Shown: positions 1 to 11,400, counted from the stretch's first letter. The stretch: DNA of 58,615 nucleotides from a virus (IMGVR_UViG_3300024255_000031:1-58615); one strand, 5' to 3'. Translations and numbers: made by a program. The notes: generated by a model from the sequence alone, not told the origin.

Positions 1-21
1 ACTTTTTATAGGAGAAAACAA

Positions 22-486
22 ATGGGAAGACCACTAAACAAAAGATTATTCGCTGTACCAAACGTAGGCCCTGGTGCTGCAACTGGAAACGAAATCAAAG
101 TAAACTTTCATAACGGCACAGCAGTTAAAGAAGGTTATATCGTAAAGCAAGTAGGATCAAAGAAATTTGTATGTGAAGAAATTGGAACGCCAGGGCAATT
201 TACTTGTACGCTAACAACTGGTAAACTACCAGCGGCATTAGCGGCAGGTGAAATGGCTATTTCATTCAAAATGGACGACGAAGAAACATACACAGTAAGT
301 AAAATTGCTGGTCGTAAAGTTACTTTGTCAGCACCAAGTGCAACAGGCAGTAATGCTTATGATGGCAAGAGTGTTCCATGGAACTTTGCAACATCACTAG
401 TAGATGGCGCAGCACAAGTTGAAGAAGCTGGTATCAACAACGTGCTAGTTGGAACCGATGACGACGACTTCACAGAAGACGCATAA
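22..486 (+). CDS. Hypothetical virion protein (MGRPLNK... family), 154 aa
   Basis: ORF with AGGAG RBS at ~10-14. Paralogous to the next ORF (Q.SxKxF...G.CTL...L...EM.I). Structural-gene context. Confidence 0.6.
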   Translation: MGRPLNKRLFAVPNVGPGAATGNEIKVNFHNGTAVKEGYIVKQVGSKKFVCEEIGTPGQFTCTLTTGKLPAALAAGEMAISFKMDDEETYTVSKIAGRKVTLSAPSATGSNAYDGKSVPWNFATSLVDGAAQVEEAGINNVLVGTDDDDFTEDA

Positions 487-497
487 GGACTAATTTA

Positions 498-863
498 ATG
501 GAACGTCCTATTAACATCTTTTACGATTTATTACAGTCATTAAAGGACTTAGTAGTTTCAGTTAAAATAGGAAACGCTAAGGCAACTCTTTACGGGGTTG
601 TCTTGGCGCAACTATCTGAAAAAACTTTTAAAGTCAAAGATGATCATGGCAATGAAGGTGTTTGTACACTTGTTAATAAACAAGTAAATGAGTTAAACAA
701 CAATGAAATGTCTATTATGGGATATGTTTTAAAAAGTACAACATTTATTTTTATCTCTCAAATAGCACAAGGATTGATAACAGATTTTAAAAACAACGTA
801 TATACATACGAAGTTGATAATGATTCAACATCTAGTATCTTATTGTTAACGGAGACAACATAA
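498..863 (+). CDS. Hypothetical protein, paralog of 22..486
   Basis: AAGGA RBS. MERPIN start and QLSEKTFKV...GVCTL...NEMSI align with the upstream ORF. Confidence 0.6.
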   Translation: MERPINIFYDLLQSLKDLVVSVKIGNAKATLYGVVLAQLSEKTFKVKDDHGNEGVCTLVNKQVNELNNNEMSIMGYVLKSTTFIFISQIAQGLITDFKNNVYTYEVDNDSTSSILLLTETT

Positions 864-866
864 CAC

Positions 867-2165
867 ATGTCTAAGATAATTAGAACAACTGACTCCGACT
901 ATCGAATTATAACGGGTCAAAACGGTACAATAACATTAGACACTACTAATGCCACAGGGGACGACAGCGGAAGAGTTGTTATTACCGGTGACTTAGAAGT
1001 TAATGGCGGCACAACTACAATTGAATCAACTATTACAACAATAGAAGATGGTATGATTGTATTAGCGTCGGGAACTACTACCGCTGGACTCCCTGCAACT
1101 GGATTAGATAGACCGTATAGTGCTGGTATCGAAATTGAAAGAGGATCGTTAGGAAATTCGCGTTGGATTTATGACGATAATATTACTTGGGACTTAGGAG
1201 TAACTGGTAGAGGCGCTTGGATAGGAACACAAGGTGATATCGGCAGCGAACAACAACTACCAATAAAAACATTTGGTATTATATCTGACGCTGATTTGTA
1301 TATTGATACTAATGACGGTGTTATTACAGTATCAGGCACAAATAACTACGAAAATAAAATTTGGAATTATGTAGACGGCGCAATTACTCCAGATCCGATT
1401 ACTAACCAAATCACACAAGATGACGACTATATTCCAAATGCAAAAGCTGTAAAAGACTTAGTAGATTTTACAGTTGAAACTATTTCAATTGATAAAATTG
1501 AAGAAGACAATTCTTCAATTGAAATTATTGACAAAAATAACACTATTGCTTCTATACTTGAAGTAGGTTCTAGAACTATTATATCAACCCAAAACAGTCA
1601 CGGCTATGCAATTAATGATACTATTGTAATTAACGGAATACAATCTGTTCCAAATGATGCTATAATACAATCTTTAAATAATGTAGGATTATCTTCTTGG
1701 ACCGTTACTGGTATTCCGTCAAGTAATTCAATAGAAATAAACGCAAACACACTTGGTGGCAACAAATCATTTTATATTACAAACAGTGGTAGAACTATAT
1801 CATCTGAATCAGGCATTAATGTAATTGTAGAAAGTTCTAACATTGCAAACTTTTATAATAATAGAGTAAATCTTGCAGATATAGAATTTCAAGGAACTGA
1901 AATATTTACAGCATCAAGTAATGATGATTTGATATTAAATGCTAACGGATCAGGTAGTGTAAAAATTAAAGACACACTAGAACTTACTAAAACTCCTGGA
2001 GATGATGACATTTTAGTAGACCCCAATGCGCCAACTGACGGTATTAAGATTTATTCTAAAACACAAGGGTCGGGCAAAACAGGACTTTACTTCGTAAATG
2101 AAAATGACTACCAAGATGAAATTATAAGTAAGAATAGAGCTTTGCTGTACAGTATAATTTTTTAA
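867..2165 (+). CDS. Putative fibre/virion structural protein, 432 aa
   Basis: Beta-rich, with ITGDLEVNGGTTT, GIEIERG and DLILNANGSG motifs typical of phage fibre proteins. Hydrophobic C-terminus ALLYSIIF. Confidence 0.6.
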   Translation: MSKIIRTTDSDYRIITGQNGTITLDTTNATGDDSGRVVITGDLEVNGGTTTIESTITTIEDGMIVLASGTTTAGLPATGLDRPYSAGIEIERGSLGNSRWIYDDNITWDLGVTGRGAWIGTQGDIGSEQQLPIKTFGIISDADLYIDTNDGVITVSGTNNYENKIWNYVDGAITPDPITNQITQDDDYIPNAKAVKDLVDFTVETISIDKIEEDNSSIEIIDKNNTIASILEVGSRTIISTQNSHGYAINDTIVINGIQSVPNDAIIQSLNNVGLSSWTVTGIPSSNSIEINANTLGGNKSFYITNSGRTISSESGINVIVESSNIANFYNNRVNLADIEFQGTEIFTASSNDDLILNANGSGSVKIKDTLELTKTPGDDDILVDPNAPTDGIKIYSKTQGSGKTGLYFVNENDYQDEIISKNRALLYSIIF

Positions 2166-2174
2166 GGAAATAAG

Positions 2175-2522
2175 ATGGCTATAGAAAACGCAACACTAAC
2201 TAACACACAGCAGGATATTCTTGTAGTTCCTACAGGAAAAAGTTATGCAATTACAAGTATAATGGTATGTAACACATATTCACCAAGCGGAGCATCTCCA
2301 ATAAATGAGACTGCAAACTTTGACATGCACTTTTTAAAAGATAACCAAAGTTTAGACAATGCTGTTACTTGTGTTGTTAGAGAATTAGAGTTACCCGCTG
2401 GGGAAACATTTACATTTGATTCAGAAAAAATCATTTTATCACAAGGCGAAAAATTAAGTTTTGTCGGTGATGCCACAAATGCAGCAAATTTAGCAGTATC
2501 AGTAAGCTACTTGGAAGTGTAA
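2175..2522 (+). CDS. Small beta-sandwich-like virion protein (paralog family with 13179 and 33950)
   Basis: AAGGA RBS. Motif SIMVCN...ELPAGETF...EKIILSQGE shared with the 109- and 106-aa ORFs. Confidence 0.55.
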   Translation: MAIENATLTNTQQDILVVPTGKSYAITSIMVCNTYSPSGASPINETANFDMHFLKDNQSLDNAVTCVVRELELPAGETFTFDSEKIILSQGEKLSFVGDATNAANLAVSVSYLEV

Positions 2523-3052
2523 TGAGATTATTAAAAGCGCAAAATACAAATTTACGAAACATTTATGGTAAAGGTGTTAAGTATGATGTAAACGGTCAAG
2601 TTGTAATGGATACTACTAATGTTATGCTTGTGCCCAAAGGCACTACTGACGAGTTTGTTTCATCTCCGGTGTCTGGGCATATGAGATACAATACAGACTT
2701 AAACGAAATACAAGTTTATTCAGAGTCAGAATGGCGCAGTGTGCGCTACAAAGAACCAAACAATGATCCGGGTATTGTGCAACAAAACTTAGGTAACGGT
2801 GATGCAAGCGAAGTATTGTTTGGTCCGCTAAATAGCCAAGACCCAAATACTACTTACACTGCTCCAGCAGCAGCACAAAACATTTTAGTATTTGTCGAAA
2901 ACGTCTTTCAAGTGGCCAACAATAACTATACTCTAGTACAAAATCCAACTGTTGGCGATAATGCTCCGTACGCACTTGGTTACTATTTACAATTTACATC
3001 AGCACCTGACTTAGCAAAGCCTATTACGGTACTACACAACTTCGACAAATAA
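2522..3052 (+). CDS. Virion structural protein, 176 aa
   Basis: TAATG stop/start overlap. VPKGTT...GHMRYNTD motif also occurs in the C-termini of the 1738- and 1573-aa proteins. Confidence 0.55.
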   Translation: MRLLKAQNTNLRNIYGKGVKYDVNGQVVMDTTNVMLVPKGTTDEFVSSPVSGHMRYNTDLNEIQVYSESEWRSVRYKEPNNDPGIVQQNLGNGDASEVLFGPLNSQDPNTTYTAPAAAQNILVFVENVFQVANNNYTLVQNPTVGDNAPYALGYYLQFTSAPDLAKPITVLHNFDK

Positions 3053-3054
3053 CC

Positions 3055-3062
3055 GATAAATA
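3055..3062 (+). promoter_or_regulatory. T4-type late promoter-like motif GATAAATA
   Basis: Intergenic, upstream of AGGAG RBS and GTG start. The same octamer recurs at many intergenic sites. Confidence 0.65.
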
Positions 3063-3082
3063 CTGTGTCGAGGAGAATATAA

Positions 3083-6000
3083 GTGGCACAAGTAGGTAGA
3101 ATATCCGGTCCTTTATTACAAGCTAATCTAGAACGTAATGGTATAGATTTAGCATTTCGTAATGACTTAAACACTTCACAACTAATATATTTAGACGTAA
3201 TTAACGGCAAAATTGCTATTAATCACAATGCACCATCAGCAGAACTAGACGTATTAGGCACTATTCAAACTACAAACTTAATATCGGACTTTTCTAATAT
3301 TGCAGGTTACACTGTTACTGATTCGACATTAAGTACGATTGGTAATTTGAATCTAAATGCTGCAACAGCTATTGTATTTACTACATTAGAAAATGGAACT
3401 ATTCGTATTAATGATAATATTGTTAGTACAATAGAATCAAATGCAGACATTGACATAACTCCTAATGGAACTGGTACTACTGAAGTACTAAAAGATCTAA
3501 ATGTTTTCGGAGACATGTACACTCCGGGAAATATTACATTTGACGGTACTATTACATTAGGTGATGCTGATACTGATAACGTAACATTTGAAAGCGATAT
3601 TAGTAGTGATATTATTCCTGACTCAAATAATACGTATGATTTAGGATCTGAAAGTAAACGCTGGGAAACACTTTATACTAATCTTCTAAATGGTCGTGCA
3701 GCTGAAGTAGACGGATATACACTAAACGGAGTAGATTTACTTACACGCCACGGCGGCATAATTTACGTTGCCCAAGAAGGTAATGACGCAAACAGCGGCG
3801 ATCACATCCTTGATCCGTTAGCAACTATTTCTGAAGCACTTTCACGTGCAGATGCAAGTGGTGAACAACCTTTTACAATTTTAGTTGCAGCTGGCGAATA
3901 TCAAGAAGCACTGCCATTAGTTGTTCCTGCTAATGTTAGTGTTATAGGACAAGACATTCGTAACACAGTAATTACACCAGATACAAGTAGTCAAAGTGCA
4001 GACGTTTTTCACCTAAACGATAAAACTACTATTGCAAACTTAACAATTAAGAATCACTACTATGATAGTGTAAACAATACAGGTTACGCTTTCCGCTTTG
4101 CACCTAACGCTGTAATGAGCGAACGCTCGCCATATATTCAAAATGTAACTGTTTTAACACAAGAAACTGCACTCGGAACAGGAGATGCAGGACGCGGTGC
4201 CTGGATCGACGGCGACGAGCTAAACGCAGCAACAGTTAATAAAACAATGTTGTTCCATAGTTGTACATTTATATCACCTGGTGCTGATGTAATTAATATG
4301 ACAAACAATGTTAGAGTAGAATGGCTCAACTCGTTTACATATTATGCTAATAGAGGATTGTATGCTTTTGCAGGCACAGGCGGAGGTGCAGAACTGCGCT
4401 CAATTGGTTCAGCTAACGTATACGGTAACTACGGCGCTGTAGCAGACGGTGCTGATACATTAATGTATCTAATACAACATAACTTTGGATATATTGGTGC
4501 AGGAAACAAAAACGATAATAATGAAGCTGATGTAATACAAGCAAATGAAGTTGTTGAACTTAATTCAGGCCAAATACACTTTGTAAGTACAGACCAAAAA
4601 GGTAACTTTAGAGTAGGCGATAATTTCTTTGTAGATCTAGAAACAGGAAATTCTAGTATTAGTATTGATACTGCCGACATTGACAGTTTAAGTGGTTTAA
4701 ATATTACTAGCCCAGGCGGCACTACTGTAATAGCAGGATCTAATATACAAACTGGAAATATTATTATTACAGGTAATAATATTAGCACACCTGTAGGAGA
4801 TCTAAATCTTGAAGGTGCTACTAATACTATTAATATTACTAGTGGCACTAATGTATTTGGTAACTTGGATATACGAGACGATTTTAGTTTCGGAGGCACA
4901 CTAACAGTTGCAGGGAATCAGCCAGGCAGAAACACCGATTCCGATACACTTACTTTTAATGTAGACTTAGAACAAGACTTTAAGCCACACGTTACACTAA
5001 CACATAGTTTAGGTGAAGCAGTACGTCCCTGGCTAAATGTTAATCTAGATCGTGCAGAAATTGATGACATTATAATTGACGAAAATTATATTACTACTGA
5101 TATTTCAAATGCAAACTTAGATTTGCGTTCAACAAACAGAATATATGTTCCAAACAATAATTTACAAATTGATAACAATCTAACAGTCGACGGCACAATT
5201 AACATACAAGGTACTGATTTGTCAGGTACAATTAATTATGTAGGCGACAGAACACAAACTGGTAATTATAGTATTTTTGGTGAGATTTCAAATGGCACTA
5301 TAGAAATTGAAGACAATTTCATTCATACAACTGATTCAAATGCAGATTTAGAATTACGTGCAAGCGGCACAGGTGAAGTATTAATATCAGATAGTATTCA
5401 AATAGACAATAATTTAACAGTTAGTACTCTAACAGATTTACAAGATACTATAATTACTGGAACACTAACACATACTAGCAATAGAGTTCAGACAGGTGAC
5501 TATACTCTCGCTAATTATAATATCGACGGCAACATTGACATTAGTAGTCAAGCACAGTTTGAGGAAATTTTGTTTGATGGTAATTTTATTACTACAACTA
5601 CATCTAACACAGATTTAGAACTTATTGCAAACGGAACTGGCAGAATTTTAGTTCCAACTGAAAATGTACAAGTTAATAACAATCTAAGTGCAGATAATAT
5701 TTTTAACAATAACAATGTTAATATTACTCTACAAACAGAATTTGTAAGTGCTGACGTTGGTGATTTTGATATTGTTGGCAACTATATTTCTACAAATAAT
5801 AGCAATACAGATTTAGAATTACGTGCAAGCGGCACAGGCAATGTTAACGTAGAAGACAGTACATTACTGAATCAAAATTTAACTGTTAATAAAAAAACAT
5901 TTTTACAAAACGGAACTACAACATATGAATATGGTCCTGAATTAGTTGTTAACGGAACTTTTGATACAAACGTTAATGGATGGGCTCAAGCAGGCGGCGG

Positions 6001-8299
6001 TAGTGCTAATGATGTAAACGGTAATTTACAAATTAACTCTACAGGAGCTGCAAGAAACGTATCACAAGAAATTACTGTTGTTGCAGGCAAAGCATATGAC
6101 TTTGAAGCACAGTTTAGAAGTGTATCAAATGGAAATCCATTTTATTTAAGAATATTTGAATCAGGAGTAGGTACACTTCAAGAATGGAACGAAACAAGTG
6201 GCTTAACAGCAGATCAACTTTTAACTTATAGTTTTGTACCACAAAGTACAGAAATTGATATTATTTTCCGTTCAGTTGATAACATTGTTGAATGGGACAA
6301 TGTTAGTATGTTTGAAGACATTGGGCTTGTTACAGAATTTACTCCAGTTCAGGTTAATATAACCGGAACAAACACACAAACTGGTAATACTGTACAAACT
6401 GGTAATATTACTCAAACTGGTAATATTAATGCTATTGGTAACTTAACTGTAAGCAACGAGTTTACAAAAAGTAACATTAATATTAACGAAAATATAATTC
6501 AAAATACTGGTGAAGGATTAAGAACTGCAAGAGAGCCAAACGATCCTAATAGTATTCCTGCAATTGTTCAAGCAATTGCAGCAGGATCTACAGCTGACGA
6601 TTATGCAAGTCAAACAGAAAAGAATTTAATTAACTTTTTAGTAGACAATGATTATGCAGACATTAACAACAACGGTTCGGTTACTACTAGTGATTACCTT
6701 GCATATCTTCAATACATTGCAAATGGCACTTCTGGTAATGCAGGAATTGATATTAAAATTGCATCAATATTAGAAGAAATGATAATATTAGAGAATGCAA
6801 CTCCTGGATATTTTAATAACATTATTTTTGACGGCGACTATTTTAATCCGAATCTAGAACTAAGGGCAGCCGGAACAGGCAATGTTGTCTTTTCAAATCC
6901 GACTGTAAATATTGCAAACAACTTGTTAGTATCGGATACGTTATTTGCAGACACTATTGTTGCACCAAGCAATGCTGCCATTTCATCAACTAACTTTACA
7001 ACATCTAATACTACAACCTTAGATGACAACTTTATCTCTACAATAATATCAAATGCAAATTTAGAATTACGTGCTTTTGAAGACAACCTGGTGTATGTTC
7101 CTAGTGCGAACGTTACAGTTGATAACAACTTAACAGTAAGTAGAATAACTGACATTGACGACACAACTATTGTAGGCAATATTACACAAACTGGTAATAG
7201 AACACAACTAGGTAACATAAGTGTTACAGGTAACGTTACAGTTAGTACTTCGAATATTCAAGATGATTTGCAGTTAGATGACATATTAATTGATAGAAAT
7301 ATTATTGAATCGCAAGACAGTAATGCTAATTTAGAACTATCGGCACAAGGTGCAGGAGCAATTGAAGTTCCTGGTAATAATGTTCAAGTTGATACAAACT
7401 TAAACGTTAGCGATATTATTGCACCTAACATTAATATTAATAATAATTTTAGTTTTGAAGACTTTGAGTTAAGTTCTAATATTACAATTTTTGATAATGT
7501 AATAACCACAACAGATTCTAACTCAAACTTAGAATTAAGAACTATAGATAACAGTAATATAGAATTACAAAATATATTAGTTAATAGCAATTCTATTAGT
7601 ACTAGCATAGCAGATATTAATATTGCTTCTAATAGTTTAGTAAACATAGATTCGTCTAACGCAGTTAAAATTCCAGTAGGCGACACTGCCCAAAGACAAG
7701 TAGTTAATAACAGTATACGCTTTAATACAACTAGCAACGTTTTTGAAGGCTACAACGATAACAGTAACATTGTCTCCTTTAATGGTGTTTATTCAAGTAA
7801 CAGACGCACAAATGTTTTAGCAAACAGTGATTCGATTGAATTTACAAATACCAATATTATTACAGGCGAAGTTAATAATCTAGGTCTTAGCATCCACGGT
7901 CTAGAAGTTGACGATATAAAAATACAAACTAATAATATTCTAGCTACTACTTTAAACTCAGACATAGATCTACGAACTAACGGCAATGGCAATTTAGTAA
8001 TAGACGACATTGAAATTGCAGGAAATACAATAATAAACAATAGCAACGGCGCCTTAATTATTAGGAATACGCAATATGGTAATACAAAATTTATTGGTCC
8101 TGCTGTAAAAATTCCAAGTGGTTCTACAGCAGATCAGCCAGTTGCTCCGGAAGTTGGCACTGCACGATGGAACACAGACGAAGTAGTTCTTGAAGTTTGG
8201 GATGGTAGTACATTTACAACAGCAGCTGGATCGACAGCAACTATTAACCAAGCAGAGATGGACGATCTCATCTTAGAATACACTCTAATCTTTGGGTAA
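3083..8299 (+). CDS. Giant repeat-containing fibre/baseplate-associated protein, 1738 aa
   Basis: GTG start after AGGAG. Pectin-lyase-like entry motif YVAQEGND...TISEAL, ~10 (D/N)LELRxxGTG repeats, CBM-like and dockerin/EF-hand-like inserts. Paralog of 8453..13174. Confidence 0.7.
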   Translation: MAQVGRISGPLLQANLERNGIDLAFRNDLNTSQLIYLDVINGKIAINHNAPSAELDVLGTIQTTNLISDFSNIAGYTVTDSTLSTIGNLNLNAATAIVFTTLENGTIRINDNIVSTIESNADIDITPNGTGTTEVLKDLNVFGDMYTPGNITFDGTITLGDADTDNVTFESDISSDIIPDSNNTYDLGSESKRWETLYTNLLNGRAAEVDGYTLNGVDLLTRHGGIIYVAQEGNDANSGDHILDPLATISEALSRADASGEQPFTILVAAGEYQEALPLVVPANVSVIGQDIRNTVITPDTSSQSADVFHLNDKTTIANLTIKNHYYDSVNNTGYAFRFAPNAVMSERSPYIQNVTVLTQETALGTGDAGRGAWIDGDELNAATVNKTMLFHSCTFISPGADVINMTNNVRVEWLNSFTYYANRGLYAFAGTGGGAELRSIGSANVYGNYGAVADGADTLMYLIQHNFGYIGAGNKNDNNEADVIQANEVVELNSGQIHFVSTDQKGNFRVGDNFFVDLETGNSSISIDTADIDSLSGLNITSPGGTTVIAGSNIQTGNIIITGNNISTPVGDLNLEGATNTINITSGTNVFGNLDIRDDFSFGGTLTVAGNQPGRNTDSDTLTFNVDLEQDFKPHVTLTHSLGEAVRPWLNVNLDRAEIDDIIIDENYITTDISNANLDLRSTNRIYVPNNNLQIDNNLTVDGTINIQGTDLSGTINYVGDRTQTGNYSIFGEISNGTIEIEDNFIHTTDSNADLELRASGTGEVLISDSIQIDNNLTVSTLTDLQDTIITGTLTHTSNRVQTGDYTLANYNIDGNIDISSQAQFEEILFDGNFITTTTSNTDLELIANGTGRILVPTENVQVNNNLSADNIFNNNNVNITLQTEFVSADVGDFDIVGNYISTNNSNTDLELRASGTGNVNVEDSTLLNQNLTVNKKTFLQNGTTTYEYGPELVVNGTFDTNVNGWAQAGGGSANDVNGNLQINSTGAARNVSQEITVVAGKAYDFEAQFRSVSNGNPFYLRIFESGVGTLQEWNETSGLTADQLLTYSFVPQSTEIDIIFRSVDNIVEWDNVSMFEDIGLVTEFTPVQVNITGTNTQTGNTVQTGNITQTGNINAIGNLTVSNEFTKSNININENIIQNTGEGLRTAREPNDPNSIPAIVQAIAAGSTADDYASQTEKNLINFLVDNDYADINNNGSVTTSDYLAYLQYIANGTSGNAGIDIKIASILEEMIILENATPGYFNNIIFDGDYFNPNLELRAAGTGNVVFSNPTVNIANNLLVSDTLFADTIVAPSNAAISSTNFTTSNTTTLDDNFISTIISNANLELRAFEDNLVYVPSANVTVDNNLTVSRITDIDDTTIVGNITQTGNRTQLGNISVTGNVTVSTSNIQDDLQLDDILIDRNIIESQDSNANLELSAQGAGAIEVPGNNVQVDTNLNVSDIIAPNININNNFSFEDFELSSNITIFDNVITTTDSNSNLELRTIDNSNIELQNILVNSNSISTSIADINIASNSLVNIDSSNAVKIPVGDTAQRQVVNNSIRFNTTSNVFEGYNDNSNIVSFNGVYSSNRRTNVLANSDSIEFTNTNIITGEVNNLGLSIHGLEVDDIKIQTNNILATTLNSDIDLRTNGNGNLVIDDIEIAGNTIINNSNGALIIRNTQYGNTKFIGPAVKIPSGSTADQPVAPEVGTARWNTDEVVLEVWDGSTFTTAAGSTATINQAEMDDLILEYTLIFG

Positions 8300-8313
8300 G
8301 TAACCCCTTTTTT
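8294..8313 (+). terminator. Weak intrinsic terminator candidate
   Basis: GGGT-AAGTA-ACCC followed by C and T6, overlapping the stop codon. Stem is short. Confidence 0.3.
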
Positions 8314-8321
8314 CTATAAAC

Positions 8322-8329
8322 GATAAATA
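8322..8329 (+). promoter_or_regulatory. Late promoter-like motif GATAAATA
   Basis: Intergenic, 123 nt upstream of the ATG at 8453. Confidence 0.65.
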
Positions 8330-8336
8330 CTATTAA

Positions 8337-8436
8337 TGCAAAGTAAGACCAGTGTCTTAGGCACACTTTGCAGGACGAACTGTGAGCACCAGCAAAGAGC
8401 GTAAGCTGAAAATTTGGTGAGAGGGACAGGATCCCC
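8337..8436 (+). ncRNA. Candidate structured 5' leader RNA
   Basis: Hairpin TGCAAAG/CTTTGCA enclosing TAAGAC/GTCTTA. Second domain CTGT/ACAG and CACCA/TGGTG enclosing AGC-GTAA-GCT (GNRA loop). Lies between promoter and GAGGAG RBS. Confidence 0.45.
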
Positions 8437-8452
8437 GTATTGAGGAGAAGAG

Positions 8453-11400
8453 ATGGCTGTTGGTCGCATATCAGGTCCACTCTTAAAGTCAAATCTCATT
8501 CGTAATGGGATTGATTTGGCTTTTGAGACGGATCTCTTATATTTAGATGTTAATAATCAGCGTGTCGGCATCCAAACCGCAACGCCTCAATACGAGCTAG
8601 ATGTTTCCGGAAATACAAGAACTACAAATTTAATTGTTACTGATAGAGCAGATCTAGCAGATATTACTGTTGAAGGTAATACTATCAGTACTACGCAACC
8701 ATTCCTTAATTTAGCAACACTAGACACTGTTGTAGCACTTAACAAAATTAGAATTGACAGCATTGACATTGAAGGCAATGCTATTACAACAAACGATTCA
8801 AATGCTAACTTAGAATTACGTCCAAACGGAACTGGCGCAGTAAACGTACACAGCGACCTAAATGTTGACGGAAATATTTACGCAAGCGGTAATATTACAG
8901 CAGACGGTAATATTACAATTGGTGATGCAGACACTGACAACGTCATTTTTAATGCTGATGTTTCTTCTAACATTATTCCAGACGTAGACGATGTATACGC
9001 ACTTGGTAGTGACCCGGAAGCAGGCGGTAAACAGTGGAACGATGTATGGGTTAATAATTTACGTGCATCAAGTCTTGTTGTTAGTGATAGTCTAGATGTA
9101 GGTAATATTGACTTTACACTAACACATGGTAACACATATTATGTTGCTGAAAACGGCGATGACACGCATGTAGGCGATCACTTTTTTGATCCTTTCGCAA
9201 GTGTTAAACATGCTCTAAGTGTAGCAGTTGCCGGCGACACCATTCTTATTAGTCCAGGTGTATACACTGAAGAATTTCCACTAACTGTTCCTGCAGGAGT
9301 TACAGTTAGAGGCGAAGGTATTCGTGCTGTAACAATCGAACCAACAGTTGCAACAAACACAAATGATGCATTTTTACTCGATGGCGAAACAACTGTTGAA
9401 GAATTAACAATTACAGGTTTTTACAGCCCGGGTTATGCATTTAAGTATGCAACAGGTTATACAGCAACAAGTCGTTCACCATACATTAGAAACGTTACAG
9501 TAATTACTGAAGGCAGTGTAACAAGTCCAACAGATCCAAGAGGATTTAACGAAGGTGATGCAGGTAGCGGTGTTTTCTTAGACGGTTCTGTAGCATCAAG
9601 CAGCTCAGTAAATACTGCATTACTATTTCACTCAGTAACATTTATTACTCCGGGTGTTGACGCAGTAGTGCTAACTAACGGTGCAAGGGTTGAATGGCTA
9701 AACAGCTTTACATACTTTGCAAACCGTTCTATGTATGCATATGACGGAACAACAGGACGCAGAGGAACAGGTAAAACTAAGCTAACACTAAGTGGTATTA
9801 CAGGAACCTTTACACAAGGTAATACATTAACTATCACTAGTGCTGATGCTTCTACAGTGCTTACAGGCACCATTGATAGTGTAGATGGCAGTGATGTTTA
9901 TGTAAGTAATTACTTAGACTTAGATGGATTTGATTTAACACCACAAAGCATTACAGACGGCACTGCTACAGCAACAACTATTGATAGTTTTGACTTACGT
10001 GACTTTGGTGCAGAAGTGCGTTTGATTGCAAGTGCAAGTGTATACGGTAACTTTGGTTTAGTAGGTCAAGGTCCTGGCGTTATTATGTACGCTATTGGAC
10101 ACAATTTAGCATACATTGGTAACGGTAAAGAAGTAACTAACGATCCAAATACTGTTATTCAAGCAAACGAAATTGTTGAAACTGAAAGTGCAAAAATTCG
10201 TTACAACTCAGTAGACCATAAAGGCGACTTCCGTATAGGCGATTTGTTCTACGTTAATCAAGAAACAGGTAACGTACAATTTGCTGTAAGTGACTTTGAA
10301 ATTAATACAGAAAACGGTGTTACATTTAATACTAATGGTGATACTACATTTATCGACGGCACAAAAGTTGAAACTGGTGATTGGCGCTTTAGCGGAAACA
10401 CAGTTGAAACGCTTACACAAGATGCTAACTTCGCAGGCGGCAGCGGCACAGTTAACTTAAACTCAGACGTTAATGTAACTGGTAGTTTAGATGTAACAGG
10501 TAATGTTACTATTGGCGGCAATGTTACAATTGGTGATGAAGCAACTGATACTATTCAAATTGTTGCAGGAATTGATTCAGATATCAACCCTAAAGATGCA
10601 AGTACTTATTCACTAGGTACAAGTTCTAAAACTTGGAAGAATTTGTTTGTTGATACTATTAACTTAGATAACATTACAATCACTGACAACTATATTGCAA
10701 CTACACAATCAAACAGTGATTTAGAATTGCGTGCTAATGGTACTGGTGAAATTTATGTTTCGAGCAACAATGTACAGATTGATAACAATTTAACTGTAAG
10801 CGGTGTAACAACACTAGCAAACACAAATATTACAGGAACAATTGCACACGTTGGAGATTATGTACAAACTGGAAATTACACAATTGCAGGTACAATTAGC
10901 AACGGTGATATTCAAATTGCTGGTAACGTAATTGAAACTACTACATCTAATAGTGACTTAGAGCTACGTGCTAATGGCACTGGTGAAATTTATGTTCCTA
11001 CTAATGATGTACAAGTTGACAACAATCTAACTGTAAGCGGTGTTACTGATTTACAGAATACAAATATTACAGGAACAATTACACACGTTGGAGATGCTGT
11101 ACAAACTGGCGACACAAGCATTACCGGTAATGTAACAGTAACACAGGATTTAGATGTTACTGGTACAGCACAGTTTGAAGAAATCTTAGTCGACGACAAT
11201 TATATTACTACAACTACATCAAACGCAGACTTGGAACTACGTGCTACTGGCACTGGCGAAATTCTAATTCCAAATAATGATGTACAAATTGTTAACGATT
11301 TAACAGTTGACAACGATATTAACGCAAATAACTTAACAACTCCTGGATTAATTACAGCTAACAGTTTTACAACTGGTGACATTGTTATTGATGACAATTT

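Noticed and set aside
8337-8436. tRNA, hammerhead ribozyme or c-di-GMP riboswitch identity for the leader
   Set aside because: No TTC-loop cloverleaf, no CUGAnGA core, and no match by eye to the GEMM consensus. Left as an unclassified structure.
8268-8499. Two short minus-strand ORFs over the structured leader
   Set aside because: No RBS and they overlap both flanking genes. The region is better explained as promoter plus leader.
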